DNA from: a virus
DNA: 64,000 bases
Strand: one strand, 5' to 3'
Virus record (IMG/VR): IMGVR_UViG_3300045581_000900
Coordinates: 32,001 to 96,000 of that record
A model generated the notes under the pieces. The model was not told where the DNA came from and ran no database searches. It worked only from the letters and a program-made list of their open reading frames with translations. Shown here one piece after another: positions 1-9,060 of the stretch. The position numbers and the translations under genes are program-made. The stretch's first letter is position 1. Each line of letters opens with the position of its first letter.

Positions 1-2364
1 TGGGCCGGTGACGCGGTAGTTCTCCGGGTGGTATTCCACCGGATGAGCCACAGCGGTGTACTTCACGACCGTACCGTTGCTGTTCGAGAGGGCCTTGTAG
101 ACGCCCCACTTCAGCGGGTTATCGGGGTGAAGCTGACCGGCGATATCGTCGAGGTCGGCCACGTCGCTGATCGAGTTAACCTCGTCGGCGAGTTCGGCCA
201 AGAACTCACGATACTCGGCGTAAACCTTGCCCTTCTCGACAGGCAGCGGCTGCTCAGCACCAGCCGAGGTCCACTCGGGGTGATAGGCAGTGATGCCCTC
301 TTGGACGCAGACCTGCGTGTCTTCGAACCAGTAGTTCGTAAGCTGGTCAGCTTCGGGACGAACGCGAGAAATCTCGATGTTGTCCTTGATGAACAGCTTC
401 AGATCGAGCGGCACGTACCGCTCGTCGATGGCTTCGTCGTCACGCTGGAAACGGATCGGCGTGGTTCCGGGGATTACGGAGCCGGAGTTGGTCAGAACCC
501 AACCCGAGCCCTCGTAGGTGACACCGGCGGTGACGCCGAAGTAAATGTTCTTAACAAGCTCTTGCGTGGTGTCAGCGTCCGTGGCACGAGTCCAAGCCCC
601 CTCAGCCGCGACGTAAACACCGTTCTCGGTCTCTTCGTCTTGGTTGACGACGAGCACGCGGTTGCCAGACTCAACCATAACGCCGTCGATATTCTGAAGA
701 CCGGACAGCGTGATGTTCGTGTCAGCAACAACGCGGACAGGGGTCTTGACCGTCGAGGCACGGATGTAGGTGTCACGCATCTCCGAGGGGAGATCGTCAC
801 GGAGGATGAGCTTACGGACCGGACCAGCCTTGCTGGAAACCACAGCCACGTAGAACTTGTCACCCTTGCGGAGCTTGGCGTCGATGAACGCCTGAGCCAC
901 CGCACCCGTGCCTTCGCCACCCTCGAACGTCACCGACGGCGGGTTGTAGTAGCCGCTACCGGGGTTGGTGATGGTGATGCTGTTTACCGAGCCGGCCTGA
1001 TTGATCGTGCAGGTCGCAGTGGCCTGAACGCCAGTCGGATCGTCGGGGGCACTGAGCACGACAGTCGGGGCAGACTCGTAGGTGCTGCCGCCGTTGTCGA
1101 GGTCGATCGCTTCGACCTTACCCGGAGCCTTGATGACAACCTTCACGCCGTTCGTGCCGATGCCAACCTCGCCGCCGTTCTCGACCACTTCGGTCGGACC
1201 AGAGAAATCGAGGCCCTTCACCGTACGCACAGTGATCTCGGGGAAGCCGACGAGGTCGCCGTCTTCCACCGCGTCGAACGTGCCGCCCTTGGTGACCTCG
1301 ACGATATAAACGTCATTCTTGGCACCGTTGTAGGCACCAGCGATGTCGCCGTCGGGCTGGACTTCGAACTGACCGTCAGCGGCCGAGTCGACTTCCGTAG
1401 CATTGAACTCTTGCTTGACGTTCACCACCCACTTCTGGCCGGTCACAAAGTTGTCATAAACAACTTCGTTCGCCGCGGCAGCTTCAAGGCAGCCTTCGAC
1501 GTCGGTCAGGTCGAACTTCACACGCAGGCCGCGGGTGCCGATGTTGGTCCACTCGCCGAAATCGGCCGGCTGGACTTCTTCGACATTATCGCGGCTCGAC
1601 GCCGAACGAACACGCAGGCGAGCCGCGTTGCAGCCCGAGATCGTGCTCTTGATAACTTGAATCGTGTACTCTTCTTCAACGTCACCGCTCTGGATGCCGC
1701 TGTAATCCGAGCCGTCAACCTCAACAAGCTTAATGCAGTTAACACGACCCGCAACCTGCAGGTAGTTGTTATCCGCGTCTGGCTCGTCGACGTAGTAGGC
1801 CGTATTGGGCTGGTTGTCGTCGTCGGCTTCGGCCGGCTTGATCAGCGACGGCACGAGGTCCGAGGCGAAACCGACCACTTCGGTCCACAGTTCGACTTCG
1901 AGGCAGTCGCCGTCACGGTCGACAACCGTGCGGAGATATACAACGTCACCGGCCTTCACGTCGCGGTCGAGGAAGTCGCTGCTACGCGGGTAGGCCGAGG
2001 TATTGGACTTGAAAGAAAGGTCGTCGGACTGAATCCAATTGAACTTGCCCTCAACCGTAGTGATACGGGTGTAGGTGCTCTGCAGGTCGTGCTCGAAATA
2101 CTTGAGCAGGGCGTCGTCCATATAGACCTTGGCGTAAGCAAGGTCGACGATCGAACCCGGACGACGCTGCGGCCAGCCATAGCAGACGTCGTTCAGACGG
2201 TCGTACTGGCCGAGCAGAATCGTCTTCTTCTCGTCGCGATCGCTATAGCGGTGCAGGATAGCGTGGGCACCGGCGATATGAGCACGCAGCGGTTCCGTGA
2301 TTTCGGTCGGAACGATGCGGAACTCTTGGAAGACTAATACTTGTGGTTTTACGTAACTAGACAT
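1..2364 (-). CDS. Tail sheath-like protein (partial, runs off the left edge; absent from ORF track)
   Basis: ATG at 2364 with GGAGG RBS; my translation MSSYVKPQVLVFQEFRIVPTEITEPLRAHIAG... is open to position 1. The N-terminus resembles the Y..PGVYV.E start of contractile sheaths. It has inserted beta-rich domains (NGGSTY..APTV, NPGSGY..PPSV) and follows the neck/terminator genes. Confidence 0.7.
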   Translation of the reverse strand, partial: MSSYVKPQVLVFQEFRIVPTEITEPLRAHIAGAHAILHRYSDRDEKKTILLGQYDRLNDVCYGWPQRRPGSIVDLAYAKVYMDDALLKYFEHDLQSTYTRITTVEGKFNWIQSDDLSFKSNTSAYPRSSDFLDRDVKAGDVVYLRTVVDRDGDCLEVELWTEVVGFASDLVPSLIKPAEADDDNQPNTAYYVDEPDADNNYLQVAGRVNCIKLVEVDGSDYSGIQSGDVEEEYTIQVIKSTISGCNAARLRVRSASSRDNVEEVQPADFGEWTNIGTRGLRVKFDLTDVEGCLEAAAANEVVYDNFVTGQKWVVNVKQEFNATEVDSAADGQFEVQPDGDIAGAYNGAKNDVYIVEVTKGGTFDAVEDGDLVGFPEITVRTVKGLDFSGPTEVVENGGEVGIGTNGVKVVIKAPGKVEAIDLDNGGSTYESAPTVVLSAPDDPTGVQATATCTINQAGSVNSITITNPGSGYYNPPSVTFEGGEGTGAVAQAFIDAKLRKGDKFYVAVVSSKAGPVRKLILRDDLPSEMRDTYIRASTVKTPVRVVADTNITLSGLQNIDGVMVESGNRVLVVNQDEETENGVYVAAEGAWTRATDADTTQELVKNIYFGVTAGVTYEGSGWVLTNSGSVIPGTTPIRFQRDDEAIDERYVPLDLKLFIKDNIEISRVRPEADQLTNYWFEDTQVCVQEGITAYHPEWTSAGAEQPLPVEKGKVYAEYREFLAELADEVNSISDVADLDDIAGQLHPDNPLKWGVYKALSNSNGTVVKYTAVAHPVEYHPENYRVTGP

Positions 2365-2368
2365 ACGA

Positions 2369-2382
2369 AGGCCTCCATGCCT
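2369..2382 (-). promoter_or_regulatory. RBS hairpin with AUGGAG hexaloop (CsrA/RsmA-type site)
   Basis: AGGC-ATGGAG-GCCT directly upstream of the sheath ATG. Confidence 0.6.
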
Positions 2383-2459
2383 CAGTTATTTGTGTGCGGG
2401 GTCAGTGCGTTCGAGTAGTATACACAACCACTCGTGCAACAAAAAAACACCTCGTTAAT

Positions 2460-3170
2460 TTAACCTGACAACAAATCTGATGCCTTGAAGACAATCCGCT
2501 TAAGACGCGGTGCGAGGGGCTGAAGCGACCAAGCTTCTTCGGCCACATACGCGACGGTGACGGGGACGGCATATCCCTGCGTCGCCTCTTGTACTTCTCC
2601 AACACCTCCGACCTCAGACACATAGAACTTGAAGAAGTTCATCTGCTCCCTGATCATTGGCGAGAAAAGGATTAAAAACTTAACAACCTCCGTTGCTAAA
2701 AATTCTGTTTCGGCTCCGTTCTGCGACAGGCAAAAAAGTGTATGGCTGCCCTCCCAGAACCCCGAGTAACTAACTTCTCCAGTATAGTAGTTCGAAACCG
2801 CTCTGTCACCAATTACTTTAGAATTCCACTGCCAACTGTTTCTTTTAATGAGCACAGCCGGCCGCTTGTCCGCTGTATTCGGTGCCCAGCGTGTAATACT
2901 TTCTATCAAAATGCCGCCCGGATTCAAACCACTATCTGACTCCCGCCATCCCCCGATCTCTTTTACGTGCCGGCGGACTTTGGGGTCTTCAATATTTTGT
3001 GGGTCCGAAAAGTGACCAATTAATAGTTGCCGCAAAAAGCCGGTCATTACATGGGGCCGCATGCCGTAAGAGCAGAGCGAGCTTACCTTTTCGACGCGGT
3101 TTTCTGTGGTACTGCCGTCTGGAAATTCGCCCTCCAGATGATCGTCATTGGGATTCGGGCAATTCGTCAT
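2460..3170 (-). CDS. Putative tail terminator/completion protein
   Basis: 236 aa, directly upstream of the sheath; RPAVLIKR and beta-rich C-terminus. Assignment mainly from synteny. Confidence 0.45.
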   Translation of the reverse strand: MTNCPNPNDDHLEGEFPDGSTTENRVEKVSSLCSYGMRPHVMTGFLRQLLIGHFSDPQNIEDPKVRRHVKEIGGWRESDSGLNPGGILIESITRWAPNTADKRPAVLIKRNSWQWNSKVIGDRAVSNYYTGEVSYSGFWEGSHTLFCLSQNGAETEFLATEVVKFLILFSPMIREQMNFFKFYVSEVGGVGEVQEATQGYAVPVTVAYVAEEAWSLQPLAPRLKRIVFKASDLLSG

Positions 3171-3317
3171 CTGTCTGGTCCTCTGTTTCCGGCCAAAATT
3201 TTACGCCGGCTTTTAACGGGTTTTTCTTGTCCGGCTTAAATAAACTGATTTTCGGCAACATTTCGATCTTCTTGCCGTACAGCGATATTTTCTTTCCGGG
3301 AAATTGCGGTGCCGGTG

Positions 3318-4628
3318 TCATATCCGCCAGAACTCCTCGTCTGGGTCGCCGGCAGGCTTTACGTCGTAAACTACGCCGCTTTCTGGGGTACTAAGAATTT
3401 TATCGTCTTCTGTCTTGAAGAATGACGGGTCACCTTCGGCGTCCGTCTCGCCGAGCGGGAATTGCGGCACATATGTCGGCACTAAGTCTTCTTCTGGCAC
3501 GGTTACAGTCACGGATTTGGTGTCCGGCCCATATTCCCCCGCCTTTTCAAACAGAATAACGTAGTCGCCGGGATCGAGTTTGATAGATCGGGTCCAGCGG
3601 CCGTTCACGCGGGTCGTCGTCTTCGCGACGGCCAAATTACGGTTAACGTTTACGCCGTTTGCGTCAAAGACCGCCTTCCGAAAAATATACACGTCTGCTC
3701 CCACAACACCGCAGCCGTCGGTGAGTGTGTAGGCCAGTTCGTCTAAACCGCCGTAGTCTTGGTCGACCGGTATGTCGCCGCAGCCAGCCATCGGAAGCGT
3801 GGGCCCGGTTCTGACCGACGGCTCGCCACCGATCTCTACTGCATAAATACTGTTGCTGAACGGCATCAGGCCCATACGCACCTGATAGATGACGGGCACG
3901 CCGCGGAGGGCCGCAGCGACCTGAATGCTCTCAACCACCCAGCGTTCGTCCGACGAGCCGTTCACCCAAATGTCATCTTTATTTAATCCGGGGAAGCCAA
4001 TGACTCTGGCTTCGACATACGGGTTTTCGCGGGTAGTGCCTTTCGGCTCTCCGACATCGCTCTGCTCGTTTTGCGGCGACAGGTCCCAGCATTGCATCGG
4101 CTGGGCAGGGTGATATCCCACCTCGAAACCCGTGCCATTACAGACCGGGCAGTTGGCGTCAGTGACTTCGCTCGACATTTCGTCGCGGCAGCGGGGGCAT
4201 GGAACGCCGTACCGCATTGGTTTGATTAAATAGCCGGGTATCGAGACCAGCCGATGCCGCAGTTGTTCTTTGCGGATAATTTCGCGGGACAGCACCCAGT
4301 CGCGTTCTGTTAACTCGCCGAAGACGTTGGCGGCCTGTGAGATGTATACATTCTGCGGCGTGGTGAGCTTGACGCGATAATGCGTCATTAACGTGTAGCC
4401 GGCCTCACGCCACGCCGGGTCTAAAGCGAAATATCCATTCGTGACAGGCTGGCCGACGTCGACCCAGTCAGTCGCGTCCCGAAGCCCCGTCCGGCCAAAT
4501 TGAAGCTGGAAAACGTAGGGGCCGGGCTCTTTAAACAGTTTCTCTAACTGCCACCAGACGCGGGAAACGCCGCGTACCATGTGGTCTACCGATACACGAC
4601 GAAATGGGAAAATACGTGCTTGGCTCAT
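3318..4628 (-). CDS. Putative neck/head-closure protein with Zn finger
   Basis: 436 aa; CPRC...CPVCNGTG motif; lies in the head-tail junction region. Confidence 0.45.
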   Translation of the reverse strand: MSQARIFPFRRVSVDHMVRGVSRVWWQLEKLFKEPGPYVFQLQFGRTGLRDATDWVDVGQPVTNGYFALDPAWREAGYTLMTHYRVKLTTPQNVYISQAANVFGELTERDWVLSREIIRKEQLRHRLVSIPGYLIKPMRYGVPCPRCRDEMSSEVTDANCPVCNGTGFEVGYHPAQPMQCWDLSPQNEQSDVGEPKGTTRENPYVEARVIGFPGLNKDDIWVNGSSDERWVVESIQVAAALRGVPVIYQVRMGLMPFSNSIYAVEIGGEPSVRTGPTLPMAGCGDIPVDQDYGGLDELAYTLTDGCGVVGADVYIFRKAVFDANGVNVNRNLAVAKTTTRVNGRWTRSIKLDPGDYVILFEKAGEYGPDTKSVTVTVPEEDLVPTYVPQFPLGETDAEGDPSFFKTEDDKILSTPESGVVYDVKPAGDPDEEFWRI

Positions 4629-4650
4629 GGCTTGATTATAGCGGGCGGCT

Positions 4651-4697
4651 GATAGCTAAAAAAAAAACGCTTACGCGTGCGGAGCCGTCGCCTCCGC
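4651..4697 (-). terminator. Terminator with conserved T-run-AGCTATC tail
   Basis: Hairpin(s) followed by T10-AGCTATC on the minus strand. Confidence 0.6.
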
Positions 4698-4717
4698 TGC
4701 CTACAAATTGTCAATGC

Positions 4718-5014
4718 TTAGAACCACCGGTTCAGGCAGTTCTCCAGCATTTTCGCGATTTCCGTGCCGTGGATCACACGTTCCCACGCGATGCCGTATT
4801 CGTGCATGTCGCCGCGAAGGTGTGCCGACTCGGCAATCGTCTCTTCGCACCGCACGCACGTACGAACACAATCCAGCGTCTCGGTGAAGATTCGCTTGAC
4901 TGTTTCGCTGGGGCCGAAATTGCGATGGCACTCCATTGCGTGCGTCTCCATCGCAAAGAGGTCGTTGGCGAAACGCTCTTCAGCCGACCGCTGAGTCTGG
5001 GTCATTGTCGTCAT
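4718..5014 (-). CDS. Hypothetical protein (single-gene cassette)
   Basis: Start reassigned to ATG 5014 with AAGGAGG RBS; lies between a promoter motif and a terminator. Confidence 0.65.
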   Translation of the reverse strand: MTTMTQTQRSAEERFANDLFAMETHAMECHRNFGPSETVKRIFTETLDCVRTCVRCEETIAESAHLRGDMHEYGIAWERVIHGTEIAKMLENCLNRWF

Positions 5015-5110
5015 TATTGCCCTCCTTAAGGCAAAGTCTTTTACCCAAAGACTCTGGGGAGTACTGCTAGCCGACGATACATATCGCCGGAATGCTAGGT
5101 TCCTCATATG

Positions 5111-5138
5111 ATATACCCTGTTTTTGTCGGTTATTTAG
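5111..5138 (-). promoter_or_regulatory. Phage promoter-like motif CTAAATAA-N13-GGTATAT
   Basis: One of six copies with an identical 13-nt spacer. Confidence 0.75.
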
Positions 5139-5147
5139 AGCCGCTCG

Positions 5148-5182
5148 AATAGCTAAAAAAAGCCCCCAATGGTCTGGGGGCT
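5148..5182 (-). terminator. Intrinsic terminator with T7-AGCTAT tail
   Basis: AGCCCCCA-loop-TGGGGGCT hairpin then T-run and AGCTATT. Confidence 0.8.
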
Positions 5183-5776
5183 TGAGTGAAATGTGGGCCG
5201 GTCGGGAAGGCTAGCTTCTTCCCGACCGGCCATCCCCCGTTAACACCTGATTGTCACACACAATCAGTTCACTGTGTTACGGGCTCGTTGTTTACCGGCC
5301 GTGACGGCAACACCACAACGTCGGTCGCCCTAGGGCTGTGGACAGGGGGTACAACGAGAAAACATGCTCGCACAGGATTGGGCCATGCGAGCGTGGCGTA
5401 AATTTAGGCGGCACCCAGATTTACAGTCTCCGAACAATCCCATCAGAGTTTCGGCAACCTACGATCTGGGCAGAAAACAGTTTGTTACTTTCAAAGAACT
5501 TACCGGCGTTTCGGTTTCCCGACGTCCCGGTATTCGGACTCGATTTCACAATAAGGGTGCTGCTGCCAACCACCCCGAGGCTGCCTGTGCCGACAAGACA
5601 CAGGCTTTTTGTCCAAGGGCTTCACCTACGAAAGCCTTTGTTCCGTTCGGACCAGTACCGCCTAAAGCGACGAGCCCCCAGAGCGACGACGGAACAAGCG
5701 TCGCTCCAAGGGCGTATTAAACGTATTCATAGTTAGGGAAAGGGCATCTTCGACCTCCTTTCAGGAGCCGCCTACG
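5183..5776 (-). ncRNA. Candidate large structured ncRNA (~600 nt)
   Basis: No minus-strand ORF; long-range stems 5403-5414/5655-5666 and 5281-5288/5670-5677; 14-bp hairpin 5196-5231; many local hairpins; GAAA tetraloops on the minus strand. Confidence 0.6.
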
Positions 5777-7300
5777 TCATTTCATCTTCAGGGCCAAGTC
5801 AAAGCCCCTGAGCATCCGAGACTGGTCAACGCAACCAATCGCCATGCTCAGTTTTTCCATCGCTTCCGGTCTCCAATTTGGAAGCAGATTGGGTACGGTC
5901 GGCTCGGGTCTTCCACTGGATGTCGCCCAGTTATGAAGCCAGAGCACTCGGGTTACAGACCGTAGTTCTGCGATCTCCCCGTAACGGTCGACCGCGTGGT
6001 GGTCGCCAAGCATGACGACAACACGAACCCTGTAACTACTCTCGCCGCGGCACACTTCCTCAAAAAGCCGTTCGGCCTCTCGGGGGCTTGTGGCCGCGGG
6101 CCTCCCGTTAAACCACGGAATGTACTCTTCGCTGGAGTCCACGCCGCCGTTAAAGTGGGGAAGCACCAGCACGTCGGAGCCTGCGACTCCGGCGTAGCCC
6201 GCCGCGTTGGCAAGGTCGCAGGCTGGCTGGGCCTGCTCCGCACAACTCGGCGAGATGTCGGGAAGAAAGAGGACCACCGGGCGGCCGGCGACCGTATCTT
6301 CCTTGAGTGCGTTGGGGAGCGGACGGCGGACAACCATCCGTTTAACCAACTTTGATGCACTCAAGACAGGTACGGGTCCCGTGGTTTCACCCACGGTCCC
6401 GCCATGCTCAACGAGCCGATTGATCAGTTCGGCCATCTGATTCCTCAACTTCTGGGAAACGTTTTGCAGGCGGCCAAGGCCCCGCGAAACTTGTTTCCGA
6501 GCGGTGAGGGAGACGCCGGCTGCTTGGGCTTTCGAGTTATACGAAAGCTTTTTGCGGGCCTGTCCCAATTTACGTTTTGCCGCTTTAACCGCGGCGTCTG
6601 TCCCCGGCTTTTTGCCGTTTTTGGCCGCGGCTTCCAGAGCGTCTTTCAACTCTCTCTTGGCCGCCTCAAGGGCTTTCTGCTGGGGGCTCGGCTGCGGTTT
6701 GGGCGGCGGGGTCGGAGCCGGCGGCGGGGGTGTAGGTTCAGCGTTAGCTTCGCCGTCACCGCCAGACGCAGGACCGGTCGTCTGCGTTTGGCTGGACGGT
6801 TGCGGCTGCCCCTGACCCGACTGCCCCTGCCCCTGCTGACCTTGGCCCTGTTGGCTTTGGCCAGACTGCCCTTGCCCCGGCTGGGCTTGGCTCTGTTGGC
6901 TTTGGCCAGACTGCCCTTGCCCCGGCTGGGCTTGGCTCTGTTGCCCCTGACCCTGCTGGTTCTGGCCCGGCTGGCCCTGCGGCGGTTGCTGCTTGGCCCG
7001 CTCCTGCTCGATAACTTCGAGCAGGTCCGCGTTCGGCCCGTATTCGCGGGCCCAGCGGTCAGCGAGGCGGCGAACATCCGGGACGATGGTGCCAGCCTTT
7101 TTGCACTCGTAGCACTTGCAGGCGTTTAACAGGCCGCCGTCCCGCAAGACGTTAGCCCGACGCCACCGGTTTACGCCGGTGACGAAAGCCCCAAGCCTCC
7201 CGAGAGCGGATTCGACGTCGCTGTCGTACACGCCGCCGAAAGCAATGCCGCGTTCAGCGGCAGAGAAACACTTCTGCAGTTGCCGCAATGTGAGCGACAT
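5777..7300 (-). CDS. vWA (MIDAS) domain protein with Gln/Gly/Pro-rich linker; MoxR partner
   Basis: FLPDISPS = DxSxS MIDAS motif; directly downstream of a MoxR-type AAA+ ATPase. Confidence 0.7.
   Translation of the reverse strand: MSLTLRQLQKCFSAAERGIAFGGVYDSDVESALGRLGAFVTGVNRWRRANVLRDGGLLNACKCYECKKAGTIVPDVRRLADRWAREYGPNADLLEVIEQERAKQQPPQGQPGQNQQGQGQQSQAQPGQGQSGQSQQSQAQPGQGQSGQSQQGQGQQGQGQSGQGQPQPSSQTQTTGPASGGDGEANAEPTPPPPAPTPPPKPQPSPQQKALEAAKRELKDALEAAAKNGKKPGTDAAVKAAKRKLGQARKKLSYNSKAQAAGVSLTARKQVSRGLGRLQNVSQKLRNQMAELINRLVEHGGTVGETTGPVPVLSASKLVKRMVVRRPLPNALKEDTVAGRPVVLFLPDISPSCAEQAQPACDLANAAGYAGVAGSDVLVLPHFNGGVDSSEEYIPWFNGRPAATSPREAERLFEEVCRGESSYRVRVVVMLGDHHAVDRYGEIAELRSVTRVLWLHNWATSSGRPEPTVPNLLPNWRPEAMEKLSMAIGCVDQSRMLRGFDLALKMK
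6848..6943. repeat. 45-bp tandem repeat (2+ copies) encoding QQSQAQPGQGQSGQS
   Basis: ctgttggctttggccagactgcccttgccccggctgggcttggct at 6848 and 6893. Confidence 0.9.
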
Positions 7301-7371
7301 TGCCAACTCCTTTCTCGTGGCGTTAATAAAAGGGGCCAGATTCCCGCCACAGAATCTGGCCCCTGTTTAAC

Positions 7372-8196
7372 TCATCGGCGTTTGAACTCGCCGTAGAGGA
7401 CGGCCCCGGGAGACTTAACCTCCCGCTCGATGGCCTTTCGGTCCTTATCGGCCTTCACGAGAAAGGCGTCGATCAGGGCTTCGGTGTCCTCGACCGAAGC
7501 GACCAAGTCACGAGCTTTCAGGAGTTCACGCAACTCCTGCAGGCTCGGCTTGGACTCGCCCTTGGTTCGCACGGCGTTAGCCATGCGAACGATGAGGCGA
7601 CACGCCTGCGATGGAGCCCCCGTGCTCTTGCGAAGCACGTCGGTTTCGATGTTCTCCGGCAAGAACTCCATCGTTACCCGGAAGCAGCGACGCTTCACAG
7701 CCTCCGGGATATCGCCCTCCTCGTTTGCCGTGAGGACGACGAACATCCTCTTGAGGTCTGCCTGATGCATGTGATGCCGAGCGTCCGGCACCCGACCATG
7801 CTGCAGGAAATCGAGGATCAGCGGATAGAACCTCGATCCGGCTTTTTCCACCTCGTCGAGGGTCACAACTACGTCGTGGTGCTTCGTGGCCTTAACAGCC
7901 CGGAGAAGCTGACCGTCCATGTAGGCCTCGTCGGCGTGATTAACACCAACGGCGACCTTCCCGATATCCACGCCCTGATTGACCTCTTCATTTGTCAACC
8001 AAGGATGGCAGGGAATGAAATAGTGCATCGCCCCCCTGCCGCGGGCGAAGCAATCGGCGAAGAAGGTCTTGCCGGTGCCGGGCGAACCGACGAGCAGTAC
8101 CGCTCGCATCGTCGCCGTGATCGACGCCAGCCACTTAGCCGCCAAACCCTCACCACGGCGAGCGTGGTAGTTGGGGAGCAATGTTTCAACAGACAT
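7372..8196 (-). CDS. MoxR-family AAA+ ATPase
   Basis: Walker A GSPGTGKT, Walker B VTLDEVEK, sensor VLTAN, Arg finger EAVKRRC. Confidence 0.85.
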   Translation of the reverse strand: MSVETLLPNYHARRGEGLAAKWLASITATMRAVLLVGSPGTGKTFFADCFARGRGAMHYFIPCHPWLTNEEVNQGVDIGKVAVGVNHADEAYMDGQLLRAVKATKHHDVVVTLDEVEKAGSRFYPLILDFLQHGRVPDARHHMHQADLKRMFVVLTANEEGDIPEAVKRRCFRVTMEFLPENIETDVLRKSTGAPSQACRLIVRMANAVRTKGESKPSLQELRELLKARDLVASVEDTEALIDAFLVKADKDRKAIEREVKSPGAVLYGEFKRR

Positions 8197-8237
8197 GCCA
8201 GCCTCCTATGTAGGAATAGAAAATCGTGCCACAACAA

Positions 8238-8265
8238 ATATGCCGCAATTTGGCCGATTATTTAG
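8238..8265 (-). promoter_or_regulatory. Phage promoter-like motif CTAAATAA-N13-GGCATAT
   Basis: Exact consensus, upstream of the MoxR gene. Confidence 0.75.
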
Positions 8266-8273
8266 CCGCGGCT

Positions 8274-8319
8274 GATAGCTAAAAAAAACGTCACCCGGGC
8301 CGAAGCCGGAGTGACGTTT
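8274..8319 (-). terminator. Intrinsic terminator with T8-AGCTATC tail
   Basis: AAACGTCAC...GTGACGTTT hairpin, T-run, AGCTATC. Confidence 0.8.
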
Positions 8320-8355
8320 AAACGTTAAAACGTTTTGCAACTGCTCGGGCGGGCC

Positions 8356-8895
8356 TCAGTTTGCACTGGGCTCCCACTTCCGATGGACCGTTCCGACAGC
8401 CGGCTTGGGCTCGTCGGCCTTCTGCTTCAACTGCTCGGCGAAGGCTTTCACCTTTGCCTTTGCAGCCTCTGCCGCAGCCTCTTCTTCGGCCCGCTCTTTT
8501 TCCATCTTCACGCCGTCTTCGAAAATCTGCTCGGCGATGTACTGTGCGTCGACGGTTTCCATGAAGCTGCTGCAGACAGACTCAAGGAAGTTCATCGAGG
8601 TCGCCATCTCGTCCGCAGCCTTCTTGTGTTCCTCGTCGCCCGTCTCGGCAGCGATTCGCATGAGGGCCACGATCTCGTTCATCGTCGACGCCAGCGAATT
8701 GCCAACGATGCTGGCGATCCAGATAGTCATCGCACCGATCGCTCCGTTGCGGTGCTCCTCGTCCCACTCGGTCTTACCGAGCCGGTCGAGGCCCTTGCGG
8801 CTCGCCGCGTACGGGTGTGCGGACCACGGCAGGTCCGCCGCCTTCTTCCGAAAGTTTTCCAGCGTTTGCTGCGTGGCTGTATTGACCGATTTCAT
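8356..8895 (-). CDS. Hypothetical helical protein (single-gene cassette)
   Basis: Start reassigned to MKSVNT at 8895 (AGGAG RBS). Confidence 0.7.
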   Translation of the reverse strand: MKSVNTATQQTLENFRKKAADLPWSAHPYAASRKGLDRLGKTEWDEEHRNGAIGAMTIWIASIVGNSLASTMNEIVALMRIAAETGDEEHKKAADEMATSMNFLESVCSSFMETVDAQYIAEQIFEDGVKMEKERAEEEAAAEAAKAKVKAFAEQLKQKADEPKPAVGTVHRKWEPSAN

Positions 8896-8976
8896 GCCAA
8901 CTCCTACAGGTGGTGGAAATGGCCGCCGCAGACAAACGCCGCGGGGCGGTGCCGAACAGATAAACGGCACTACCTA

Positions 8977-9004
8977 ATATGCCAGCCTTCAGCCCCCTAT
9001 TTAG
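8977..9004 (-). promoter_or_regulatory. Phage promoter-like motif CTAAATAG-N13-GGCATAT
   Basis: Consensus with the same spacer. Confidence 0.7.
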
Positions 9005-9019
9005 GTGTGTCAAAACCTA

Positions 9020-9039
9020 GGCTAAAAATATTTTTAGCC
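9020..9039. repeat. Perfect 20-bp palindrome GGCTAAAAATATTTTTAGCC
   Basis: Read directly; lies at the right border of the accessory insertion. Confidence 0.8.
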
Positions 9040-9060
9040 GACGTTTTGTAACAGGGGCGT

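Noticed and set aside
28-2337. 769-aa + strand ORF
   Set aside because: Codon-register mirror of the minus-strand sheath-like gene (ATG 2364, with RBS); no protein-like motifs of its own
3175-3317. Intergenic CCGG/T-tract periodic stretch
   Set aside because: No exact repeat or convincing structure; cannot support a function
5190-5300. Group II intron domain V/VI resemblance at the 3' end of the large structured region
   Set aside because: No proper AGC-triad domain V helix, no GUGYG 5' end, and no interrupted gene
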